From assembly GCA_951406725.2 (NCBI GenBank), contig OX597829.1, positions 56,172,001-56,236,000 of the forward strand: DNA of 64,000 nucleotides. The letters are read 5' to 3'. The notes under the pieces were generated by a model, which saw only the letters and a program-made list of their open reading frames with translations, made no database searches and was not told the origin of the DNA. Position numbers and translations under genes: made by a program. The stretch comes from Octopus vulgaris. Its lineage: Eukaryota. Positions 1-10,640 of the stretch are shown piece by piece. Numbering within the stretch: the first letter of the stretch is position 1; every line of letters starts with the position of its first letter.

Positions 1-242
1 GAAGGGTAGTGTTGTAGTACGTAAGTCCTTGATTTATAAGAGGAGAATGGAAGATCAAACCGAAACTCAGGGTACGCTAGAATTTCTAGAATGGAGAGCA
101 GAAAGAACTTCATCAACATGTACGGTCTAGTATAAAGCTAACGATCCAGGTTGTTTGTGTACGCGTAAGTACGTGTGAATGGCCGCATATTTCAACACAC
201 TAAATCTAGCATTAATATTATATTTTGTTTGTTTGTTTTTTT

Positions 243-460
243 AAGGTAGAAAGCTGGTAGAATCATTACGGTGCCGGGCGATATGCTTAGCGGTTTTTCG
301 TCCATCCTAATTTTCTGAGTTCGAATTCCGCCGAGGACGACTTCGCCTTTCCTCCTTACGGGGTCGAGGAAATAAGTTCCGGCCGAGGACTAATGTCGAT
401 GTAATTGACTTAATCTCGCCCCTGAAATTTCTGGCCTTCTGCCAAAGTTTAAAACCAATA
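243..460 (+). mobile_element. tRNA-derived SINE, family A
   Basis: AGCTGGTAGAATC A-box-like head, GAGTTCGAATTCC B-box, body GCCGAGG..GACTTCGCCTTT..GGGGTCGA. Shared with many copies in the window. Confidence 0.8.
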
Positions 461-486
461 TTATGTTTTACTTTATTTCTTTTCAG

Positions 487-683
487 GTAAAGGTGATGTC
501 TTTGGAGACAACTTTTGGAAGGAATCGACAGTTGGACAATCTGCTGCTAATGTAAAAGCACTTACATACTGTGATCTTCATGTTATCAAACGAGACAACT
601 TGTTAAGTGTTTTGAAATTCTATCATTCATTTTCTCATTCTTTTGAGCGGAACCTGACGTTGACATACAACCTGAGACACAGA
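487..683 (+). CDS. eag: EAG-subfamily (KCNH1/5-like) voltage-gated K+ channel, penultimate coding exon (cyclic-nucleotide-binding homology domain)
   Basis: Acceptor TTTCAG at 481-486, donor GTACGT at 684. Translates [66 protein letters not shown], matching the EAG CNBHD including the 'YNL' intrinsic ligand. Ends in phase 0, compatible with the next exon. Confidence 0.95.
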
Positions 684-817
684 GTACGTATCTTTCTATA
701 ATTCACATCTGTTTATGTAGAGATATGAGCTGCAGTTCGTCTAATTAACTGACGGTTCGTTTATACATGGAGTAAGATATGAAGGGAGGTAATTATAATT
801 AACGCAATTCAGGTGCA

Positions 818-929
818 GCCACATGGTTCACTGTGTGGCACCTTGGGCAAGTATCTTCTACTGTAGCCTTGAGACGACCAAAGCCTTGTGAGTGGATTTG
901 GTAGACGAAAACTGAAAGAAGCCCATTGC

Positions 930-992
<63 letters not shown>

Positions 993-1105
993 ATGTGTGA
1001 CTATGTGTGTGTCTTTGTGCCTGGGTTTGTCTCCAACCACCATTTGACAACCGGTGTTGGTATATTTACTTCCCTATAACTTAAAGACTCGGCAAAAGAG
1101 ACCGA
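818..1105 (+). mobile_element. tRNA/CORE-type SINE, family B, 5'- and 3'-truncated
   Basis: Aligns to 33054-33325, including CCTTGGGCAAGT and the internal microsatellite. Confidence 0.8.
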
Positions 1106-1107
1106 TA

Positions 1108-1168
<61 letters not shown>

Positions 1169-1422
1169 GGGGAGAGAGAGATACATGCATACATACATGC
1201 ATGTATACATGCATACATAAATACATGCATACACACATACGTACATACATACATTCATACATGCATACATACATACATACATACATGCATACATACATAC
1301 ATACATGTATGCATACATACATACATACATACATAAATACATGTATGCATACATGTATGTATGTATGCATACAAACATACATACATTCATACATACATAT
1401 ATACATACATACATACATACAT
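1108..1422. repeat. Compound microsatellite (CT/TA/GA/ATAC)n
   Basis: Directly visible. Confidence 0.95.
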
Positions 1423-1444
1423 GTCTGTTAGAATTAAAAAATGA

Positions 1445-1635
1445 CATCGAGCCAGCAAAATTACTGCGCGCCGAACAAAATACTTAGCAGTTCAATTTTC
1501 GCCGAGGTCAACTTTGCCTTTCATCATTGTCAGGTCGATAAAATAAGTACAAGTTGAGTTCCAGGAGCCACGTAATCGACTGACCCTTCTCTTTAAAATT
1601 GCTTGATTAGTGCCAAAATTTGCAGCCATTTCTAT
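1445..1635 (+). mobile_element. SINE family A, degenerate
   Basis: GCCGAGGTCAACTTTGCCTTTCATC..GTCGATAAAATAAGTAC body. Confidence 0.7.
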
Positions 1636-2123
1636 TAATACAGCGCACCACTGTTAAGTACATTGTACTCTACAGCGTGTGGCGCAACATTGCAAAATTC
1701 CCATGTACGATATATGCTTCCATTTATAATACATACCTTGTCAGTACTTATATGTTGGTTATGAGGAAGATGATGGAGAATATAGTAGGGAAAGAAGAAA
1801 GAACTGTAAATAATTTTAAAATAGATCATTAGATGGCGCTGTGTATTATCTTATAAACTATACAAATGAATGTGAAAACGTAATGGGTTGAATATGTTGA
1901 AGGTTTGATTATGTATTTGCATTCCTTATTGAATTTCTTCAATTCACAGCCGTTATCAACATTTAGTTCGATAAAGCGATCTGTTGTGGTGCGCAATCAT
2001 GCATCAAATTTCCTGATCATACTACCCTCTGCGAAAAAACTCATGCAGCATGTAGTAGACGCCCAGCCATGCAACTTAAATACATGTATCAACATTTGTT
2101 TTGTATCTATTTGTATGCGTGTC

Positions 2124-2190
<67 letters not shown>

Positions 2191-2197
<7 letters not shown>

Positions 2198-2814
2198 CAG
2201 GGTAATAAAAATTTTTAAAAATTTTACTACCAGTGGCCTAGCGTGTAGAAAAATTAGTCAATAGACTATATATTATTCATATAAATACAGTGTACATTTA
2301 AACACATTAAGAGGTATCCTTCATAGGATTCCTTTCACTTTAAATGTACTCTGTATTTATATGAAGAATATATAGTCTATTGACTAATTTTTCTACACGC
2401 TAGGCCACAGGTAGTAAAGATTTCTAAAATCTTAATTACCCTAATATTATTAATTATTGGTAATTTTTTCCGGAAAATTGTTCGAAGAAATGCCGCTGTT
2501 TATTGCTGCCGACAAAAAACTGCGCTTGCGCGGTGGATTTGAAAAATTATAATGTATAAGCAAGAGGCACATGTTGGATTTGTCTCGTACATATATGTTT
2601 AATCCTGGCATACTTGTTGATTAAGACTTTGCCTAGCAAATTATTTTATTTGCTAAAAAAAAAGTCTGAAACCATGGCCCAGGAGATAGATGGTAAATGT
2701 TTTTATTTTTCATTCCCTTCGAGATTTTATCCCTAATAGTGGTTTGGACTTTAGCTGTTCCTTCTAGCATGAAAGGAATCCTATGATGGATACCTCTCAT
2801 GTGTTTAAATGTAC

Positions 2815-2820
<6 letters not shown>
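2191..2820 (+). mobile_element. Non-coding Penelope-pLTR/retrozyme-like element with inverted partial duplication, between (TA)n tracts
   Basis: Inverted arms 2191-2302 / 2339-2450. TTTAAATGTACTCTGTA is repeated directly at 2339 and 2804. Degenerate hammerhead at 2613-2683. Confidence 0.65.
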
Positions 2821-2873
<53 letters not shown>

Positions 2874-2964
2874 TTAGAGACAAAACCACTATTATGCAAA
2901 TCAAACAAAGAAAGACTTAATCCAATACATAAAAAATTTTATATAAATTAAATTAAATTAAATT

Positions 2965-3014
2965 AGCCACTACAATTGTTTCGTGTCTCTTCTAAGGACA
3001 TTCATCAGGTGGTT
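2965..3014 (-). ncRNA. Minimal type I hammerhead ribozyme (intact core)
   Basis: Reverse complement: aaccac CTGATGA a tgtc-cttagaaga-gaca c GAAA caattg TA gtggct. Stems I and II present; palindromic stem III. Confidence 0.8.
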
Positions 3015-3508
3015 TTCAGATCTTCTATTCAATTTTAAGTTATATAGTTATATATATACAGACAGACAGTTAATCCGAAGAAGTAAGTCCTCGTTAGGGA
3101 TTATATAACATATTGCACTTCACTGGTTCACTACGTATCATATAATAGTAAAGTCATTTGTATATAGTTAGGATTGTTGAAATATTATTAATATGGAGAA
3201 TAAAATGGAGAATAAATGGATGTAATTACTGATTTATTTGTAGAAAGGTGGCAGTTTTTTAAAAATCATTACAAATAGATTGGAAGCTCAAAGCTCAAAA
3301 AAGTTAAGAAAGAAAACGTAAGAAGACCCTACATATATGTTTCTGCCAAACCAAGCTGGTGGGAATCCCCCAAGGATGCATGTTGTTTAGTGTCAAAGAA
3401 ATTGCTACATTCATACTGTTTTATGGTTGTCCTTCTTCAAGGTTCAAAAAAGAGCTAACTCCATTTAGCTGATCATTATATCTTTTGAGGGAAGATATAT
3501 TCCATGCC

Positions 3509-3638
3509 TATATGCTGAAGATAGACGTCAAATACGTCTGCAGATCTTCACTTCACATATACAACTTTCCTGCTTTCAACCTGTGTATATGTGAAGTGAA
3601 GATCTGCAGACGTATTTGACGTCTATCTTCAGCATATA
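3509..3638. repeat. Perfect 55-bp inverted repeat with 20-nt spacer
   Basis: 3509-3563 is the exact reverse complement of 3584-3638. Confidence 0.9.
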
Positions 3639-3782
3639 AGAATGGTATCTTTCGTGCCTTTAAGTATAATTGAATCCTATAAAATTATATATCTCTATAT
3701 ATGTATTTTACTTAAAGGGTTTTTATATGCTGGCCACTGATAAAATTCATTAATTTTAATGATTTTATCTTTTAATTATATT

Positions 3783-3836
<54 letters not shown>

Positions 3837-3965
3837 CTGAATGAATATACATGATGACAAAAAAAAGGAGAAAGAAAATGCAGGTACTGTTATTATATTA
3901 TATAAACAATTTCTATTATGATAACTGACCTCTAATTACATTTTTATCTTTCTTCTTTTATATAG

Positions 3966-5402
3966 TTGGTATTCCGTAAGGTAGCGGATGTAAAGAAAGA
4001 GCGTGAATTAGCAGAGAAAAGAAAAAACGACCCACCTTTGGATTTATCGAGTGATCACCCGGTGCGAAAATTAATTTCTCGGTTCCGGAAAATTAGCGAT
4101 GCCCGTGCTATACAAACAGACGCCGAGTTGGATGCGCAAACAAATAACAACCATAGTGAGGTTGATGGGCCTGGTAGCGAAGCCCGTGTGATTAATGTGT
4201 CTGAGAGTCCGCCTCAAACAAGTAATGTTCCTAAACTGGGAGGAGGAGGAGGGGGAGCTTCTAAATGGAATAAGTTTTTAGGTAAGGAGAATGGTAGGTC
4301 TTCAGATATTGCGAGATCATCTGATCATGGAAAACCAGATTATTATAAAACGACCGGAAGTAATGTTGAGCATAATATACAGTGTGAGGAACCTAAAATA
4401 CCTGACATTACCAGCCGATCATCTGTGAAGCAACTTTCGAAATGGGGCCGAATAATGGCAAAGCAACAAGATACTATAGTCGAAGACCCTGAAGACGAAT
4501 TGAAATCAAATCTACAGAAGAGTGACTCCACAGATAGTGGCATACTCAAAAGCAATGTAAAGCTTGATCAAATATCTGAAGAGCCACCAAATCACTTATC
4601 AACTAATGTTTTGTCGACTAAATTGGTAAGTGAGAATGAAAAAACTGATAGTACCGTTGCAGAAAATACACTTGGTGCTGGGTGGAGCGTTCGTTGGAAT
4701 TCAAATGAACGAGGTTTGTCACTTGGACGACCAACAGAAAGCAGCGCTAAAGAAAGATTTTTTAATATTGGAAATGCTGATCAACAAGTAATGAACTTTC
4801 TGGAAGATATTCGTCTTGAGCAAAAAGAAGAATTCAAAAGCATTAATACTAGAATCAGTCGGATAGATGAGCAAATTGGCGAAATTCTACGACTATTTAC
4901 TCCGTCTTCATCTCCATGTTCTTCAAGATTATCTAGTTTCCCATGTTCAAAATACAATTCTCCAAACACAACTGCCACAAATACAGAAGTTACGTCACCA
5001 AAAAATTATCTTTCTTCATCTCCAAATTGGAATTCATTAGAGAGTATGCATACAGTAAGCAAAGGTTCTTCTGTAACAGGGGAACAGTTTCTCAATATAG
5101 AAGTTTCTCCTATGCAGCATCAACCCGTAATGCCAATGGATCAACCAGTGCGAGATGAAAGTTTAGACTCAAACACATCAGATAATGCTGTCCAGGCAAA
5201 GCCAGATACACCAACAAGCCGAAGATCCAGCAAATCTTCAAATACGTCATGGAAAAGTTTCTCGAATGAAAATAGTAAGAAAAATAAGGCAAAAACTGAG
5301 AAAGGAAAAGAGGACAAAGTAAAAGAAACAAATTTCGGTGGAAGGAAAGTTGAAGACGATGAAAATATTCCTTTCAAAGATAAAGATCTAGATATAATGT
5401 AA
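3966..5402 (+). CDS. eag: EAG K+ channel terminal coding exon (cytoplasmic C-terminus)
   Basis: Pyrimidine tract plus TATAG acceptor ending at 3965. Continues in frame as LVFRKVADVKKERELAEKRKN...DHPVRKLISRFRK (EAG calmodulin-binding segments), with a coiled-coil assembly segment MNFLEDIRLEQKEEFKSINTRISRIDEQIGEILRLF. Stop TAA at 5400-5402. The ORF-track 'start' is a Leu codon at the splice junction. Confidence 0.93.
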   Translation: MVFRKVADVKKERELAEKRKNDPPLDLSSDHPVRKLISRFRKISDARAIQTDAELDAQTNNNHSEVDGPGSEARVINVSESPPQTSNVPKLGGGGGGASKWNKFLGKENGRSSDIARSSDHGKPDYYKTTGSNVEHNIQCEEPKIPDITSRSSVKQLSKWGRIMAKQQDTIVEDPEDELKSNLQKSDSTDSGILKSNVKLDQISEEPPNHLSTNVLSTKLVSENEKTDSTVAENTLGAGWSVRWNSNERGLSLGRPTESSAKERFFNIGNADQQVMNFLEDIRLEQKEEFKSINTRISRIDEQIGEILRLFTPSSSPCSSRLSSFPCSKYNSPNTTATNTEVTSPKNYLSSSPNWNSLESMHTVSKGSSVTGEQFLNIEVSPMQHQPVMPMDQPVRDESLDSNTSDNAVQAKPDTPTSRRSSKSSNTSWKSFSNENSKKNKAKTEKGKEDKVKETNFGGRKVEDDENIPFKDKDLDIM

Positions 5403-5537
5403 ATGTTTCAATTACATTTGCAAACCTGTTTGATTGTTATCCATATAGGATGAGTGAAAGCAAAATTGTGTTGAAATACAAAGTTAAACAGAAACATAAT
5501 GAGCTATTGGAAGACAAAACATTCCTGATATCATTTG

Positions 5538-5543
5538 AATAAA
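5538..5543 (+). promoter_or_regulatory. Candidate polyadenylation signal AATAAA
   Basis: First AATAAA I see after the eag stop codon. The hexamer is common in AT-rich DNA, so use is unproven. Confidence 0.3.
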
Positions 5544-6276
5544 ATGATATTCTAAAGTCAGGAGAAACAAATTTTGAGAAGTATGGTTTCGAGCATTCCA
5601 TCTGATAGCATCACAAAGAATTCCTTGGAAGTGTTCAAGTGAAGAAAGGCTGAAATACGGTTAGAATACTATTTACACAGTTATAACCAAATCTTAAAGG
5701 AACTGTAGATGATCGTTTGGTTAACGACATTATTTTAAATATTTTTTATTGAAACTACTAAAATGCATTTTTATTCATCATAATTATTGAAGTTTAATCT
5801 TTGTAGGCAACGGATTTTAAAATTTAGGACTTTATGCCTTACATATTTATCTATAAATTTGATTAATTCAAACGATATATGTAATTGATCATTTGTAACC
5901 GATTTGATAAGATTCTAACGAACGTACAGCTCGTGGTATTTTTTTCATACACATTCCAAACAACTTTAATACAAACTATCTACATAAAATATTTTAAAAC
6001 TTTAAAATCACATTTATTAATATTTCAACTGCAATTTATTGCCTTTATTTGAAATTCTAAACCTTCTTTTTTGGTGTAACATTGCCACTCCAACAACAAA
6101 CGTGCAATACATCATAACTATCTACCATCGACTATTAGATTGCTAAGGTGATTGTTTCCTTCACTATGTGTGATAATGTTGCTAACATCAACACGTAATG
6201 TTTGATTCTGTGTAGTGCCTTCCTGCAGTTGCAATCTTATACAAATCTCAACAATTCTACTATATATACATATATA

Positions 6277-6330
<54 letters not shown>

Positions 6331-7452
6331 GCTTAATTATAGACATTCTGACCTCTTTAATACATTTTTTTTGCAAATTTAGCCGATAGAGGAAATCTGA
6401 GAAGCTTATACAACCGCTTACAATGAACAAGTATGAACTCTTTAAAAAGTAGAACTATGTTATTTAAAAATTACATTGAAAGATTACACAAAAAGTTTAA
6501 TCAATCAATCAATTAAACTTCGACCAGGCAAGTGTCGTAGAACAAGAGGTGAAATTTCAATGAGCTCAGCTTGTCATACACAGTCACATGACTTTGGTTC
6601 CAAACCGAAACTTCGTCTACACCACTTATGACCCTGGGAAAGTTGTAAAAATTTCATTTCCCATTTCCGAAAAAATGAAGAACCTTTGTGACAAGAAAAT
6701 AGAAACATATATTAAATTGTAAATAATTTAATTTGTATAAAGTAGAATTTCATTCTACTTTATACAATGTAGAAAGATTTCTCCTGTAAGGCGGACACCA
6801 GTTAATTACTCCCACCACTCTCTCCTCATTTCTGTGATATTAATGACATTTTAGCAGCGATTTTTCCTCATTTCTGAAGATGATTACAATTGAATGGTGT
6901 TGCAATTATAATGATGACAACCATAATTAATACAAATACTACTACTGCTGCTGCTCTCGGTGATGATGATGATGAGGAGGAAGAGGATGAGGAGGAGGGA
7001 GGAGGATGTCGTAATGGTGGTGCTGGTGGGGAAGGCTCTGGTGATGAATATAATGGTGATAGTAATGGTGGTGGTGGTGGTGGCGTGGTGGTGTGGTGAA
7101 GGTTGTGGTGGTGATGGTGGTGGTGGTGGTGGTAGTATCTTTGGCGATGATATAAATTTCAGCAAACAGTAGTTGGTTAAAGAGAGCTGCCTTAATCCTT
7201 ATGTAAAAGCAACCATGGAAATCCTGAGATTTAGATTAGTGAATAATTGTTAAGACGCACTAACTTATGAAGATTAGCTGCAAATTATATACAAATCTAC
7301 TACAATTTTTATTTCTGATTTTCCCCCTAAAATTTAATTTTAAATATTTATTCCCTTCAATTCTAACCCAACCAATGTTCATGGCTTCCAAAATTACACA
7401 GTCTCAAAATTGTAATGCGGTGGCCATTAGTGACTGACTGCTACAACAACTA

Positions 7453-7524
<72 letters not shown>

Positions 7525-7888
7525 CAGCAGCAGCAGCAGTAGCAGCAGTAGCAGCAGTAGCAACTACAACTATAACAGCAGTAGCAATATCATGTTCATT
7601 AAATCAAATAAAAAGCCAAGATTTTTCAGAAATTTAAAAAAATAAGAATGGGCTACTGAAAATTCTTGCTGCAAAAAATACATTGCATTTTTCAAGCATT
7701 ACATGAAATAAACAGAAGGGTATAACTTGTAGACTTTAAGAATATTGTGTGAAGTGTATTTTATATATTGTGTTGCTCGGCAATACAGACTGAATGTTGT
7801 TCAACAAAACGAGACAGAAGAATCGCAGGCACTACAGAATATAACTGCTATAAAAGCGCTATGTATATAACCGCCATTAATGTATAAG

Positions 7889-8110
7889 ACGGCGAGCTGG
7901 CGGAATCGTTAGCACGCCGGGCAAAATGTTTTAAATGGTATTTCTTCCGACTTTACGATCTGAGTTCAAATACCAGTGGAGTCGACTTTACCGTTCATCC
8001 TTTCGGAGTTCGATTAAATAAGAATCAGTGGAGCAGTGGAGGTCGATCGATGTACCCGACTTATACCTTACCTCGAAGTTGCTTGCCTTATGTGAAAATT
8101 TAAAGTCAAT
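7889..8110 (+). mobile_element. SINE family A
   Basis: GGCGAGCTGGCGGAATCGTTAGCACGCCGG head, GAGTTCAAAT B-box. Confidence 0.8.
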
Positions 8111-8900
8111 GTATGCACGCTAGTTTCGGTCATTCTGCAGCAAAATATTCTCAATGACTTGCTAATTCGACGTCACCCAGCTTTTTGTATGAAATACATT
8201 ATAGAGGATCCTGATGAAATTTAATGAGCTGAAATTGTATTCCATCACGATGCTCCTAAAATCAGGAACTTTATCTTTGAAACTGGGGTAAATCAATAGC
8301 TTACTTTAGCAGAGACAGTGTATAAAGAATAAATCCTAAACGATTGCTCGAATTTAGGAAACAAATATTTAAAAAGCACAAAAAGAAAGAAAGTTTAACA
8401 TTTTTTTTTTTGCTTAACTAGACATAACATTGCCACCAAATTCACTGCTGTTGCTGCTACTGCTGCTGATGCTGCTTCTACTGATATGAATACTATTAGT
8501 CATAACCGTGTAATTAAAATGTTTGATTCACAAATATGGAGTTCCAAGTCCGATCCTGATATCTTATTCCATTGCCTTACGAACTGGAATTTGGGAAGCG
8601 GTAAACGTGCGGAGGTCCGTCGTGTGTGTGTGTGTGTGTGTTTATGTTTACACCGATCTTAACTCTGGTCTAATTTATGTTTGTCCCTTCCAGTCCAGTC
8701 ATGTAGCAGATCGAGACTTAGCGATCGGTAAAACAAGTACCAGACTGAAATGAATAGCGGAGTCGATATGATCTACTAATGCCCCGAATATAGTGCACCA
8801 GCTTGGCCGCAGTTCATTGAGTGCAACCAAGAAAGAATAAAAGAATTAAAGCATATTCTAATTTTCTATTATTTGCAAATAAATATGAAATTGCTGCTGT

Positions 8901-8961
<61 letters not shown>

Positions 8962-9740
8962 TCTTCTTCTTCTTCTCTTCCTTCTTCTATACGAGTGTTA
9001 TTATTATTACTGCTACTTCTATTATCTCACCAGCGCACCCCGCAATTTATACTATCACTACTAATATGAAGATTATTATTGGAACCTCTACAGTTAGAAT
9101 TACAAATTACGTCGATGGTTCCATTGCCGATGTTATTAGGCAGAGGCGGAATTTGCTCATTTCCGAGCTTGTTTCCAAAGATTTCGAAACCATGTTTGTC
9201 ATTCGCTAACTAGTATGATTTGCTGATTAGTTGATTAGTAAAGTGAAAGAATTCCCACACTACTCGGTCTTCGTAGGCTCTCTCCACCCATTGTGCAACT
9301 GAGTTGAAACAAAGGGAGGCCGGGGTTTGATTGTTGAGAGAGACACCTGTGCCATATTCTGTCGTGGTCTGCCTTGATGGCTTCTCTCAGTGCATGAGGA
9401 GCGATGACACGGACATCATTTGTATCTGAACTAAAGCTTAACATCAGATGCTCTAAGAATTCTGTTAATCCATCTTTCTGGAGAGTTGTTTCGTTTATCA
9501 ACTCCGAAAGAATAATTAACAAAGTTAGATTTGTTGACAAAGATAAGGCAGAGGTTCAAAACCACAAGACGTTCTATCCGACGCTCTAATGACTTTGTAA
9601 ATTCTCCAACTACTACTACTACTTTCACAACTACTACCACTACCGTTATTGTTAACAATGCTACCGCTACTACTACTCTTACAAAAACCGCTTGTATTAC
9701 TGCTAACATGACTTCTACTATTACTTTACAATTCCTATTA

Positions 9741-9783
<43 letters not shown>

Positions 9784-9788
9784 TGATG

Positions 9789-9825
<37 letters not shown>

Positions 9826-9850
9826 TGATGATGATAATAATAATAATAAT

Positions 9851-9922
<72 letters not shown>

Positions 9923-10008
9923 AAAATTAATAATAATAACAATAATAATAAAAATAATAATAACAACAACAACAACAACAACAATAATAATAATAATAAT
10001 AATAATAA
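9741..10008. repeat. Compound (AAT/GAT/AAC)n trinucleotide microsatellite
   Basis: Directly visible. Explains the poly-I/L/T ORFs. Confidence 0.95.
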
Positions 10009-10079
10009 TTTCTTTATTGGCCACCAAGGCTCAATCATAACAATAATCTTATCTAGTAATATAAAACCCTAAGCAATTA

Positions 10080-10640
10080 TCTTGGAAAAGAAACACTCAG
10101 AGAAATAAAATAAAAGTTCTCTCAAGCTTTAATGAAATCGATCACTAAGATACGCAATTGAAAATAAAGGGACGAACATTACAAAATATAATACTAAAAT
10201 ATAACATTGCAAACAATTAATACTCGAAATCAAAGAACAAAACGACCATACTCTGGAATACGCCAACTGACACAAACAGGGAACTCAAAGCTATTCGACC
10301 AGATACTGCCAAGAACCATAATGGAAGGAAACATCCCCATGATGTCGCTTCAAAAAAAATCGAGAAATTATCCATAAATATCTGGACATATAGATAACCA
10401 GAATGTGGGAATCAAAACAGAAACAGTTCTTACATTTACAGGTGCCTTGGGAGCTGTTAAAAACTTGCAGACAAATACATGATCAAAAACTCAAGAACTT
10501 ATATACCCAACATCCAAAAAATAACACAACTTTGCACTGAACGCATTTTACGTACAATATTGTCAATACAATAGAAAATAGCAAACCAGAACAAAGCACT
10601 GCGACACATCCATGACACAGAGAACTGCGTTGAGTAGTGA
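10080..10640 (+). mobile_element. Degenerate R4/Dong-type RLE non-LTR retrotransposon 3' end
   Basis: Resembles the reverse complement of 26873-27300 (ATACTCTGG..ATTCGACCAGATA; ILWD/RPD remnants). Flanked by (AAT/AAC)n. Confidence 0.6.

Larger units (their letters stand above)
684..3965 (+). other. eag: Final intron of the eag gene (GT-AG, ~3.3 kb, repeat-filled)
   Basis: GT..AG ends join two exons in frame across a conserved protein junction (YNLRHR|LVFRKV). Confidence 0.9.

Noticed and set aside
481-492. TTTCAG|GTAAAG resembling a recursive splice site
   Set aside because: GTAAAG is dictated by the conserved Gly-Lys-Gly codons, and there is no independent evidence.
799-2264. Short low-complexity ORFs (YIYI, MYVC, CVCV, poly-L/I/T), here and throughout the window
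   Set aside because: They are translations of microsatellites, not genes.
3515-3542. Hammerhead-like CTGAAGA..AAA..GTC in the hairpin arm
   Set aside because: Lacks GAAA and a proper stem II, so it cannot be supported.
9235-9590. Host exon or ORF on the minus strand
   Set aside because: Looks like a decayed LINE RT remnant (KA.DRIWH-like) and is too weak to classify.
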